Below are positions 30,878 to 40,255 of a DNA stretch of 64,000 nucleotides, piece after piece. The notes beneath the pieces are model-generated. The model had not been told where the DNA came from and made no database searches. It saw nothing but the letters and a program-made list of their open reading frames with translations. Position 1 is the first letter of the stretch, and each line of letters opens with the position of its first letter. Made by a program: the position numbers and the translations under genes. The DNA is from Candidatus Sulfomarinibacteraceae bacterium (GTDB lineage Bacteria > Acidobacteriota > Thermoanaerobaculia > Thermoanaerobaculales > Sulfomarinibacteraceae): the NCBI GenBank assembly GCA_963796455.1, contig CAWCLO010000007.1, positions 229,859 to 293,858 on the forward strand. Reading direction: 5' to 3'.

Positions 30878-32101
30878 ATGGCATTGTTGAGGTCCTTCAT
30901 CACCGTCTACACCTCAGCCTTCGCGGGTATCCCGCGTGAGGTGTGGCTGCTTTCGGGCGCCCTGCTCGTCAACCGCGCCGGGACGATGGTCCTCCCCTTT
31001 CTGAGTCTGTATCTGACCGCTGACATCGGTCTCACCGCGGTGCGCGCCGGCCAGATCATCGGCTGCTTCGGTCTCGGATCGATGCTCGGCTCCTACGCCG
31101 GCGGGTGGTTGTCGGATCGCTTCAGCCCGCTCAGGATTCAACAGCACTCGCTCCTCGTCAGCGGCTGCGGATTCCTGCTTTTTATCCGTCTCGACAGTTT
31201 CGTTGAGCTCGCGGCCGGCATCTTCATACTCGCGGCGGTCTCCGACGCCTTCAGACCGGCTCTCATGGTGTCGGTCGCCCACTTCAGTCCGGCCGGGGTC
31301 AACAAACGCGCCTTCGCGTTGATCCGTTTGGCTGCCAATGTCGGGATGGCCACCGGGCCGGCAATCGCGGGTCTCCTCGCCCACTACGGCTATGCCTGGT
31401 TGTTCGTCGGTGACGCCATCACCTGCTGGCTGGCGGCACTGATGCTGTGGCTGACCCTCGGGGCGACTGATGGTCCGCATCAGACCAGATCGGATGCAGG
31501 AGGCCACGCCGGCACCTCGCCCTGGAGGGACGGGCCGTATCTGTTCTTCCTCTTGCTGATCGTGATCCTGGGAATGGCCTTTTTTCAGGTCTGGACAACC
31601 ATGCCCCTGTATCTGCGTTCCTTCTACGGCGCATCCGAGCGAGCCATCGGCATATTGCTGTCGATCAACGCATTGGTCATCGTGCTCGCCGAAATGTTGG
31701 TGATCCGAGCCGTCGAGAGATTCGACGCCATGCGAACAATTGCGGCAGGCGCGTTCCTCGTGGGGGCGGGGCTGTCACTGCTGCCGTTTGGGCCTCCCTA
31801 CCTGGTGGCCGTCCTCGCCATCGTCGTGCTGACGTTTGGTGAAATGCTCGCCCTGCCGATCACAAATGCCATCGTCGCCGACCGGGCCGGTCGCGCCCAG
31901 ATGGGGCAATATATGGGTCTGTTCACCCTGGCGTTTTCCACGGCATTCGTGATCGGGCCGATCGTTGGAACCGCGGTCTACCAGCACCTCGGACCGGAAA
32001 CCCTGTGGTACGGCCTCGGCTGCACCGGAATCGGGCTCGCCATCGGTTTTGTTGTCCTGCGGCGATTCCTGCAAATCCCCAGTCAAGGATCTTCACCTTA
32101 A
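30878..32101 (+). CDS. MFS transporter
   Basis: About 12 TM segments, GGWLSDRF motif A. Confidence 0.9.
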   Translation: MALLRSFITVYTSAFAGIPREVWLLSGALLVNRAGTMVLPFLSLYLTADIGLTAVRAGQIIGCFGLGSMLGSYAGGWLSDRFSPLRIQQHSLLVSGCGFLLFIRLDSFVELAAGIFILAAVSDAFRPALMVSVAHFSPAGVNKRAFALIRLAANVGMATGPAIAGLLAHYGYAWLFVGDAITCWLAALMLWLTLGATDGPHQTRSDAGGHAGTSPWRDGPYLFFLLLIVILGMAFFQVWTTMPLYLRSFYGASERAIGILLSINALVIVLAEMLVIRAVERFDAMRTIAAGAFLVGAGLSLLPFGPPYLVAVLAIVVLTFGEMLALPITNAIVADRAGRAQMGQYMGLFTLAFSTAFVIGPIVGTAVYQHLGPETLWYGLGCTGIGLAIGFVVLRRFLQIPSQGSSP

Positions 32102-32226
32102 GTCTTTCGATCTCAACCACAACGCGCGTCGAGAGGCCGGCGGTGAAAGACCGGCGGACCACGCTCCGGAGAGTCGAGGCCCCGCGCTCCGGCATCTCGA
32201 CCTTTTCCCTGCTATATTGATGGGCT

Positions 32227-34959
32227 ATGACGTCGGATTCCTCCCCCGGCCGGAAGAAAAACTCCCGGTCGAATCTCTTCGAGATCCACACCGGCGAAGT
32301 CCTCGGGAAATTGCCGCGGGGTATCGCTGAGCGCGGCTATCATCTGTACCAGGATCGACGGGTGGCAAAAATCACCTGGACCGGTGCCGATCTCGAATCC
32401 GAGCTGGTGTCCCCGGCGTGCGTGGTTCAGATCTCCGATGTCGGCTGCAACGTTTTTCCCTCGAGTTCCTGCTCGGTGTGCGGCGATCAGGACATTCCCT
32501 GCCACCACGCGACGGCGACCATGCTGCAGTGGCTCGATATCCGATCGACGATGCAGCGCCTCGGGCCCGGAGCGATGTGGCGGGCGAACTCTCGCCACCC
32601 CTTCATCTCCCCTGGCCGGTCGGCCGCGGAACGAGTCGATCTCAGCCATCTGACGGGCAATGACCTGAGGTCGGCCCTCGAGCTGCAACTCTCCTTGCAG
32701 AAAACCGGCACCGCCCACGCGAGCATCGAGGCCAACGAAGTCGAAATCCGTATCGCTCTTCCTTCGGGTGATACCAGACTCGTATTCTTCACCGCATCAA
32801 ACCTCCCGGGCGCGCTACCCATGCTGCGATCGCTGCCGACCATCAAACTCGAGGGCGAGCTTGCCGAACTCGAACTTTCGGAGGCTCGTCTCCACCCGGT
32901 CCTGCTGTCCACCTGGAATGACCAGGGCATCATCCTCGAACCCGGCTACCGTCTCGGCAGCGGCCAGGTATTCACCGCCGAAAGCCTGGAGGGCAAAATC
33001 CACGGGCGTTGGGCACGCATCGGCAGCCACCTGTGCCGGCTCCTCGACCCCGCGACGCCTCTGGTTCCTTTTCACCGCCAGGGTCACCGAGTACTCAAGG
33101 GCAAAGAGGCCCTTCGATTCCTCAATCTCGACCACCCGCAGCTCCGGCAACACCCCTGGTACCACCCGCAGGATCATCTGGCGACCTTCCGCCAGCCCCA
33201 GATACCGACTCCCATCTCCTTCGAGGCGGAACTGACACCCAACGAGAAGGTGCGCCTGCGGCCCAGGTACACGGTCGAAGAGACCAAAATCAGTTGGCCG
33301 GAGGCGCTCGCCCTGCTCGAGAGCGGGTTTACCCGAATCGGCGAGACCATCGTCCGCGCCCCCGAAATCAAACCGCTCGAGGACCTCGGTTTCAAGATGC
33401 CCCGTCGCCGTCGTGATCTCGGCGTCCTCGGTTCAAGGGTCGCCTTCATTCGCCTCGTAGCCGAGACCGGATTGCCGGTCACCGGCCCGAACAAGGACCT
33501 CGCAGAACTGGCGGCAGTCCTGCAGGGTCGCTCCGGCCAGGATGTGGTCCGTCCTCCCGGCCTGCGCTCCCAGCTGCGGCCGTATCAGGCGGACGGGGTG
33601 GCGTGGTTGTGGAGTCGTTATCTGGTAGGTGTCGGAGCCCTTCTTGCGGATGACATGGGTCTCGGCAAGACCCACCAGGTGATGGGGCTTCTTTGTCTTC
33701 TTGCCGACCGCGATCCCAAAGCGCAAACATTGGTTGTCTGTCCACGTGGAGTGCTCGAACACTGGTACACCCTCCTCGGACGCTTCGCTCCGGGGCTCCC
33801 AGTACGCCTTTTCCACGGTCCCTCGCGTTCTCTTGAAGGTTTTGACAAAGGGGGTCTGGTTCTCACCACCTACGACATTCTTTTCAGATCAACCGAGGAG
33901 CTGATGGAACGGGAATGGGCGATCACCGTCTTCGACGAGGCCCAGCGGATCAAAAACCCCCGCACCAAGGCCGCTCGGGCGGCCCGTAAGATCCCGGCTT
34001 CCTTCCGCCTCGCACTCACCGGAACGCCCCTCGAAAACCGGCTCCTCGAACTCTGGTCGGTGGTCGATCTGATCGTTCCGGGATACCTCGGGTCGGAGCG
34101 TGAGTTCCGCGCCAATCACCGCGATCCCTCCCATCATCAACTTCACCTTCTCAGGCAGCGGCTCGGGGTGCTCACCCTCCGCCGCGTCAAAGATCAGGTA
34201 CTGGAGGATCTCCCCGAGAAGGTCGAAGACATTCGTTATTGCCATCTCCTGCCCGCTCAACGCACCCTCTACCGCCGCATTCACGCCCACCAGTCGCAGG
34301 AGATCGTTCGCATGCTCAAAGAAGAAGCGGATGAGATCCCCTACATGCACATCTTCGCCCTCCTCACAAAGCTCAAACAGATCTGCGACCACCCGGATCT
34401 GGTCAAGGATGGAGGGGCCACCGGCGGAGACTCGGCAAAAATCGAGGTCTTCGACGAGATCCTCGACGAGGCCCTCGACGGCGGTCTTCAGGTCGTGGTC
34501 TTCTCTCAGTATGTGAAGATGATCGATATCCTCACCCAGCACCTGGAGAAGCGCAAAATCAAACACCTGGTCCTGACCGGCGAGACCCGCGATCGCGGCC
34601 GAATCGTTCGCAGATTCAACTCCGAGCAACACGAAAAGGTGCTGCTCGCAAGCCTGCTCGCAGGGGGTGTGGGGATCGATCTCACCGGAGCATCGGTCGT
34701 CCTCCACTACGATCGATGGTGGAACCCGGCCAAAGAAAACCAGGCCACCGACCGTGTCCACCGGATCGGTCAGCGGCGTTTTGTCCAGGTCTTCAAACTC
34801 ATCACCCGGAATACGATCGAAGAACGGATCGATGAGTTGATTCGGCAAAAAATCGATTTAATGGAACGAGTGGTCGCACCGACGGAAGATGTCATCGGCA
34901 CCCTCAACCGTTCTGAAATCGTCGATCTCTTGGGTCTCGATCTGCCGAAGAAAAAATAG
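32227..34959 (+). CDS. SWIM-zinc-finger SNF2 family helicase
   Basis: C..C....PCHH; LRPYQ, LADDMGLGKT, DEAQ, TGTPLEN, WWNPA.ENQATDRVHRIGQ. Confidence 0.92.
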   Translation: MTSDSSPGRKKNSRSNLFEIHTGEVLGKLPRGIAERGYHLYQDRRVAKITWTGADLESELVSPACVVQISDVGCNVFPSSSCSVCGDQDIPCHHATATMLQWLDIRSTMQRLGPGAMWRANSRHPFISPGRSAAERVDLSHLTGNDLRSALELQLSLQKTGTAHASIEANEVEIRIALPSGDTRLVFFTASNLPGALPMLRSLPTIKLEGELAELELSEARLHPVLLSTWNDQGIILEPGYRLGSGQVFTAESLEGKIHGRWARIGSHLCRLLDPATPLVPFHRQGHRVLKGKEALRFLNLDHPQLRQHPWYHPQDHLATFRQPQIPTPISFEAELTPNEKVRLRPRYTVEETKISWPEALALLESGFTRIGETIVRAPEIKPLEDLGFKMPRRRRDLGVLGSRVAFIRLVAETGLPVTGPNKDLAELAAVLQGRSGQDVVRPPGLRSQLRPYQADGVAWLWSRYLVGVGALLADDMGLGKTHQVMGLLCLLADRDPKAQTLVVCPRGVLEHWYTLLGRFAPGLPVRLFHGPSRSLEGFDKGGLVLTTYDILFRSTEELMEREWAITVFDEAQRIKNPRTKAARAARKIPASFRLALTGTPLENRLLELWSVVDLIVPGYLGSEREFRANHRDPSHHQLHLLRQRLGVLTLRRVKDQVLEDLPEKVEDIRYCHLLPAQRTLYRRIHAHQSQEIVRMLKEEADEIPYMHIFALLTKLKQICDHPDLVKDGGATGGDSAKIEVFDEILDEALDGGLQVVVFSQYVKMIDILTQHLEKRKIKHLVLTGETRDRGRIVRRFNSEQHEKVLLASLLAGGVGIDLTGASVVLHYDRWWNPAKENQATDRVHRIGQRRFVQVFKLITRNTIEERIDELIRQKIDLMERVVAPTEDVIGTLNRSEIVDLLGLDLPKKK

Positions 34960-35124
34960 CATCTGCTGCAAACACGCTTCTGGATGCTAGATGCTAGATG
35001 CGGCAAGCTCGTCGATTCGTCCCCAAGCCTGTACAGAGTTACACCGGAACTGATGGTGATTTGCGCTTGAGGGGATTTTTCAGAAGACGGACTAAATCGG
35101 GCATCGAGCATCCTGTCTCCAGCA

Positions 35125-35576
35125 TCACTGTTGTCCAAAACAGATCGTCATGAAGTTTCCCACCTGACAACACGTGGTTTACGGGTTGGTTTTTGGCATC
35201 TCCAGTTCGCGGTTGCCCCGTGCCCGCGTCCGCGTCCGCGTCCGTGCCCGAATTGCAGCGGCAGCGACAGTGTCCAGGGGCAGCGACAGGGATCAGCGAT
35301 CAGAGGCAGAGATCAGGGGCAGCAATCAGGTGCAGTGATGGCGTGATCACCTCCGGGTCGTTCAACAGAAGGAACAGCCGTTGTCGTGTCGGCGTCTCGC
35401 CTGCCCACCGTGCGGCCGAGACGGCCGCACCACCAAGGCCGGAGCCCAAAAGAATGAGTGCCGTTCACTGTCCCGGCCGCTGATCGCTGACGCGGATGAC
35501 TGAACACTGCCGCTGACTCCTGTTGGCTGTCGCTGTCCCTGATCGCTGCGCAACACTTCCTACCTGGGCCGAGTGA
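35125..35576 (+). mobile_element. TIR element copy E7 (REP-doublet cargo, alternative right end)
   Basis: TCCAGCA|TCACTGTTGTCCAAAACAG ... CCTGGGCCGAGTGA|TCCAGTA; REP doublet 35382-35433. Confidence 0.85.
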
Positions 35577-35687
35577 TCCAGTATCCAGCATCCTGCATCC
35601 ATCCGCATCCTGCATCGAATATCTTGGTCCCCGCGTGACAAGCGGGCGAGTTCTCGCGACAATGGTTGCCGATCATGGAGGTCCGAT

Positions 35688-35876
35688 ATGAGCGAACCAG
35701 ATTTTGTCATCTGCCTCGAGTGTGAGAGCCCGGCCTACGTCTTCGTGTGGGACGGCCAGAAGATCACTGAAGCCACGTGCACGACCTGCGGCAACGAAAA
35801 AGCCTCTCTCTTCACCACCGACGAAGCCTACGGAGAAGACATGGCCTCGGACAATCGTAATTACGGGTCCGAGTAG
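35688..35876 (+). CDS. Small zinc-ribbon protein
   Basis: CLEC...CTTC; RBS GGAGG. Confidence 0.7.
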   Translation: MSEPDFVICLECESPAYVFVWDGQKITEATCTTCGNEKASLFTTDEAYGEDMASDNRNYGSE

Positions 35877-35884
35877 CGGCATCC

Positions 35885-38518
35885 ATGGCGACAATTTCAT
35901 TTCTCTGGCACCTCCACCAACCCTCCTACCGAACGGCCGACGGTGTTTCCCATGCTCCCTGGGCCATGCTCCACGCAGGCGGGGCCTATACAACGCTTGC
36001 CAAGGCCGTGGAGAGCACCGGCGGTGCCGGACACGTCATCAACATCGTCCCGACCCTGCTCGAACAACTCGTCGCATATGCAGCCGGCACGGTGTCTGAC
36101 CCGGTCATCAACGCGATCACAACCCCGGTCGGCGAACTCACACCCGATCAGCGAAACACGCTGGCATCGTGGGCCTTTCACGTCAATCCCCGCCAGTTCG
36201 CCCGCTACCCACGCTTGGCCGAGCTCGAAAAGATGCGATCCTTCAAGCAGGACGCCCCTCCGACGAAGGCGAAATTTTCCAACGCCGAACTGCGCGATCT
36301 CCAGGTCCTCTTCGTGCTCGCCCAAGCCGGTGAACAGGCATGGACAGACGATCGTCTGGCACCGCTCCACGCCAAGGCCCGCGAATTCAACCAGGGCGAC
36401 CACGACATCCTTGCCACCTGGTTGTCGAGTCAAGCAACGGAACTGATCGAACTGTGGCTCCGCATCGCTGATTTTTCGGACGTCGAAATCGCAACCAGCC
36501 CCTTTGCGCACCCGATCATGCCTCTCCTCATCGACAGCAACATCGTCGCCGAGAGCTGGGCCCCTCATCCAGCGCCCCGGGTGCCTCGATTTCGCCATCC
36601 TGAAGACGCCAGTTGGCAGCTCGAGACCGGCATCGAATTCATGGCGGAGCAGGGATTTGAAACCTTCGGGTGCTGGCCGCCCGAAGGTTCGGTCTCGGAC
36701 GCCGCCGTCGAGCTCTACGGCAAGGCCGGCGTTCGCTGGCTGGTGACCGATGAGGGAATTCTCGAACGCAGTCTCGACAAACCGCTCCGCGAAGGTGAGA
36801 ACACGGCACCAGAGCTCTATCGACCGTGGAAACTCGCTTCCAGCCAACCCACGCTCTTCTTTCGCGACCGCCACGTCTCGGATGCCATCGGCTTCCAATA
36901 CGGACGATGGGAGGACGAAAGCCAGGCCGCCGAGGATCTGGTTCGCAAACTTGATCATATCGCCAGCGATCTCCCCGACGAGGCCACCATCACCATCGCC
37001 CTCGACGGTGAGAACCCGTGGCTCTACTATCCGCAGGGCGGCGGCAAATTTCTCCGCGAACTGATGCATCGAATCAACGACGGCGGCAGCCGGCTACGGC
37101 CCTCCACCCTCGCCCGCGCCGCCGAAACCAGCCGCCCCGAAACCCTGGATCGCCTGCACCCAGGTTCCTGGATCAACTCGATCTTTGCGACCTGGATCGG
37201 GCACCCTGAAAAGACCGCCGCATGGGAGATGCTCACAACCGTCCGGGAGGCACTCTCCGCGGGCGAAACCGAGCACCCGAGCTCGCTGCTCCTCGCCGAA
37301 GCGTCAGACTGGTTCTGGTGGCTCGGAGACGACAACCCGACCGAGCTCGCGCCCCTCTACGACGAGATCTTTCGGCGGCACCTGGCGGACGCATGTGCCC
37401 AGGCCAAAATTCCAGCGCCAGTGGATCTCGATCGCCCGCTCAAGACCGGTTCCGAGGTGAAGCGACCCGATGCTCAGCCTTCAGAGCTTCGTCACTGCGC
37501 CGTCAAGCAGACATGGACCATCATCGCACCCGGTCGAAAACAAAGAAACGGTGTCCCGCATCCCTCGGGTTCCCGCGTCGAGGTTGCCCCGGAAGACGAC
37601 CCTTTTGCCCCCGGCAACGAACACCTCACAGCAGCCGAAATACTGCGGCTACCATCGAGTTCCGGAGATGTGCCATGGAAGGTTCGGGTCTTTGCCAATG
37701 CTTTCCCAGCCCTCCGGGTCGAGGGAGAGGTCGAACGCCAGGCGGTCGGGCTCAACGATACGGTCAGCGGGGTCGGCGCCCACGAAGTGATCGTCGAAAC
37801 GCCTTCATCCGATCTTGAACTCGCCGATCTCGAGATCGACGATATCGCCCTTGTCTTCTCTGCATTCAAGGCGAGACTCGAGGATCTTCGCCGCGATCCC
37901 CGGTTGCGATATGTCTTGATCTTCAAGAACAAGGGAAAACGAGCCGGATCGTCGGTCGCCCACGCCCATTCCCAACTCATCGCCACCCCGAACATACCGA
38001 CCGCGGTGATCAGCGAGTTGAGTTCGTGTCGCGAGCATTTCAGCCGCCACGAACGTTGCCTCTTCTGCGACCTGATCCGCCAGGAGACCCGACTCGAAGA
38101 GCGCATCTGCATCGAGAACGACCACTTTCTGGCGATGGCGCCCTTTGCCGCCGCATCACCCTTTGAGACGTGGATCCTGCCAAAGAAACACTGCCACGAT
38201 TTTTCTCGCACCACGTCAAACGATTTCATCCAGTTGGCCGAGATCACCCGCGATCTTCTGCGCCGAGTGAATTTGATGCTCGACGATCCGCCCTACAATC
38301 TGGTGCTCCACACCGCCCCCAACCCCCACCCTCGACCCGGGCGGCCGGACTATTGGTCGACCATCGAGCACGACTACCACTGGCACATCGAGTTCGCCCC
38401 TCGCAGCAATCGGATGGCCGGTTTCGAATGGGGATCGGGTTACAGCATCAATCCCGTTCCGCCGGAGGAATCCGCGAGGCTGATCAGGGAGGCAGACGGC
38501 GCAACGAAGCAGGTTTGA
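35885..38518 (+). CDS. Glycoside hydrolase family 57 fused to a GalT-type (HIT) nucleotidyltransferase
   Basis: WHLHQP, HPIMPL, WPPEG, LDGEN, SDWFWW; then HEVIVE, FKNKG..AGSS.AHAHSQ, CLFCD, YHWHIE, AGFEWGSG, PPEESA. Confidence 0.88.
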   Translation: MATISFLWHLHQPSYRTADGVSHAPWAMLHAGGAYTTLAKAVESTGGAGHVINIVPTLLEQLVAYAAGTVSDPVINAITTPVGELTPDQRNTLASWAFHVNPRQFARYPRLAELEKMRSFKQDAPPTKAKFSNAELRDLQVLFVLAQAGEQAWTDDRLAPLHAKAREFNQGDHDILATWLSSQATELIELWLRIADFSDVEIATSPFAHPIMPLLIDSNIVAESWAPHPAPRVPRFRHPEDASWQLETGIEFMAEQGFETFGCWPPEGSVSDAAVELYGKAGVRWLVTDEGILERSLDKPLREGENTAPELYRPWKLASSQPTLFFRDRHVSDAIGFQYGRWEDESQAAEDLVRKLDHIASDLPDEATITIALDGENPWLYYPQGGGKFLRELMHRINDGGSRLRPSTLARAAETSRPETLDRLHPGSWINSIFATWIGHPEKTAAWEMLTTVREALSAGETEHPSSLLLAEASDWFWWLGDDNPTELAPLYDEIFRRHLADACAQAKIPAPVDLDRPLKTGSEVKRPDAQPSELRHCAVKQTWTIIAPGRKQRNGVPHPSGSRVEVAPEDDPFAPGNEHLTAAEILRLPSSSGDVPWKVRVFANAFPALRVEGEVERQAVGLNDTVSGVGAHEVIVETPSSDLELADLEIDDIALVFSAFKARLEDLRRDPRLRYVLIFKNKGKRAGSSVAHAHSQLIATPNIPTAVISELSSCREHFSRHERCLFCDLIRQETRLEERICIENDHFLAMAPFAAASPFETWILPKKHCHDFSRTTSNDFIQLAEITRDLLRRVNLMLDDPPYNLVLHTAPNPHPRPGRPDYWSTIEHDYHWHIEFAPRSNRMAGFEWGSGYSINPVPPEESARLIREADGATKQV

Positions 38519-38850
38519 GTTTTGAGTTATGAGTTTTGAGGTCGGCCTCTTGCAGCAATCGCAGATTACCAGCGAAAAAGGAGGTCCTGGAAGCTGGCGG
38601 GACATCAACGCCCTTGCGAACGACGGAGGGCTGCCGGGTCGCGTTGATCTGTCAGGTCCGGGCACTCAAGCTGTCGCCCCTTCAGGGCTGGATATTGGGA
38701 GAGGCCCGGTATGGGGCGGTTCGCGTGTCTGCTCTCTTATCTGCGCTCATCTGCGTGATCTGCGGTTTCTCCGACTTGCGTTGTCACCGAGCACCCAACT
38801 CGTGCCCGTCGCCGTATTCATGCCCTGAGCTCCAACTCAAACCTCAAAAC

Positions 38851-39513
38851 TCAACTCTCAAAACTTATTGGCTTGAGCACCGCGCGGACCGGGGCGGCTT
38901 CGGCGCCCTCGAGCAGAATGGGCAGGGCGATCATCTCGTAGAATCCCGCTTCTGCACCCCCGAGCCACAGCCCCTCGATCCAGGTCATACCGAGTTCGAG
39001 CAGCGCATGATGGGCCGGCAGATCTTCGGAGTCGTAGACATCGACTGAGGGGGTATCGATTCCGACGGTTTCCACACCCCGATCGGCCAACCAGTGCACC
39101 AACTCCGCAGATAAACCGGTAAACCCCTCCTCCATCGACCCGTCAATTGGATAACTGTCGGTGCGAACCAGGACCCTTGGAGCGGCCGGAACCCAGTTCT
39201 TCGGCAACGCGGCAGGGTTCAGTGCCGCGATCCCGATCGACACCCGCACGACTTCGGCGCGACCGACGCAGTGATTGATCGGGACACCATCGACTCCCGA
39301 TGCCGCTTGATCAAGGTGGAGCGGCGCATCGAGGTGGGTGCCGACGTGGCAGGTTGTGGTGATGGAACTCAAGACAAAACCGGATTCACGTCGTTGGCGA
39401 AGCTCAAAATCCTGATCGCCTGGCCACACCGGAATTCCGGGATGGAGCGGTCGGCTGGCCTCGATCCAGTTGTTTCCCGACTCCGCAAATGAATCGTCAG
39501 CCCTCGTCATCAT
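38851..39513 (-). CDS. Cyclase family / kynurenine formamidase-like protein
   Basis: PVWPGD, HVGTHLDAPLH, GIDTPSVD, EAAPVRAVL. Confidence 0.88.
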   Translation of the reverse strand: MMTRADDSFAESGNNWIEASRPLHPGIPVWPGDQDFELRQRRESGFVLSSITTTCHVGTHLDAPLHLDQAASGVDGVPINHCVGRAEVVRVSIGIAALNPAALPKNWVPAAPRVLVRTDSYPIDGSMEEGFTGLSAELVHWLADRGVETVGIDTPSVDVYDSEDLPAHHALLELGMTWIEGLWLGGAEAGFYEMIALPILLEGAEAAPVRAVLKPISFES

Positions 39514-39952
39514 CCCCGCGTTTCCGCGCCTCGAGTTCGGTCTCGACCAATGCCGCGGCTCTGATGTGTCTCTGGACAAGGGAGACCAACGCCTGCTGAT
39601 CGACGATCGGCTTGGCCACGTAGTCGTTGGCGCTCGAGGAAAACAACAGACGTTCGCGATCGCCCTTCATGGCGTGCGCGGTGAGGAGAATCACCGGAAG
39701 GTTGAGGCCCCTCGGAAGATCTCGTATCCGGCGGGTGAGCTCGACACCGTCGACGCGCTCGTCGGCAACTCGGGTGTGGCCGAGCGAGACGTCCATCAAG
39801 ACCGCGGCGACGGGTTCGTCACGTACGACCCGCATGACCTCGTCACCGTCATCGGTCGCAATCACCCGGTAACCCCCAACGGTACTGAGAATCGCGTCAA
39901 CCAGGACCGCGTTTGCGGGGTCGTCTTCCACCACGAGGATCAATTCAGCCAC
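39497..39952 (-). CDS. Single-domain response regulator (CheY/DivK-like)
   Basis: ILVVEDD, VLMD, DGVEL, LTAHAMKGD, YVAKP. Confidence 0.9.
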   Translation of the reverse strand: MAELILVVEDDPANAVLVDAILSTVGGYRVIATDDGDEVMRVVRDEPVAAVLMDVSLGHTRVADERVDGVELTRRIRDLPRGLNLPVILLTAHAMKGDRERLLFSSSANDYVAKPIVDQQALVSLVQRHIRAAALVETELEARKRGDDDEG

Positions 39953-40255
39953 GAAGTCTCCTGTAACGAGGGTATCCCGAACGGGGTTGGAGGTCTATAG
40001 GCTATAGGCTATGAGGCTATGGGCTATGGGCTATGAGCTTTGGAAAATACGTGGTGAGGGTTTTTTTGTTCCACTCACCATTTTAGACCTGTGAACCGGC
40101 GGTTCATCCATCAATCGTCTTTCGCATCCGCGTCAATCTGCGTGATCTGCGGGCAGTCGTCCGATCCACATCCATACCCGAAGTCTGAAGCATCACTGGC
40201 TGTTCGGTTTTCGCCCTCTGCTACAGGCCGAAGCCTATAGCCTATAGCCCATAGC

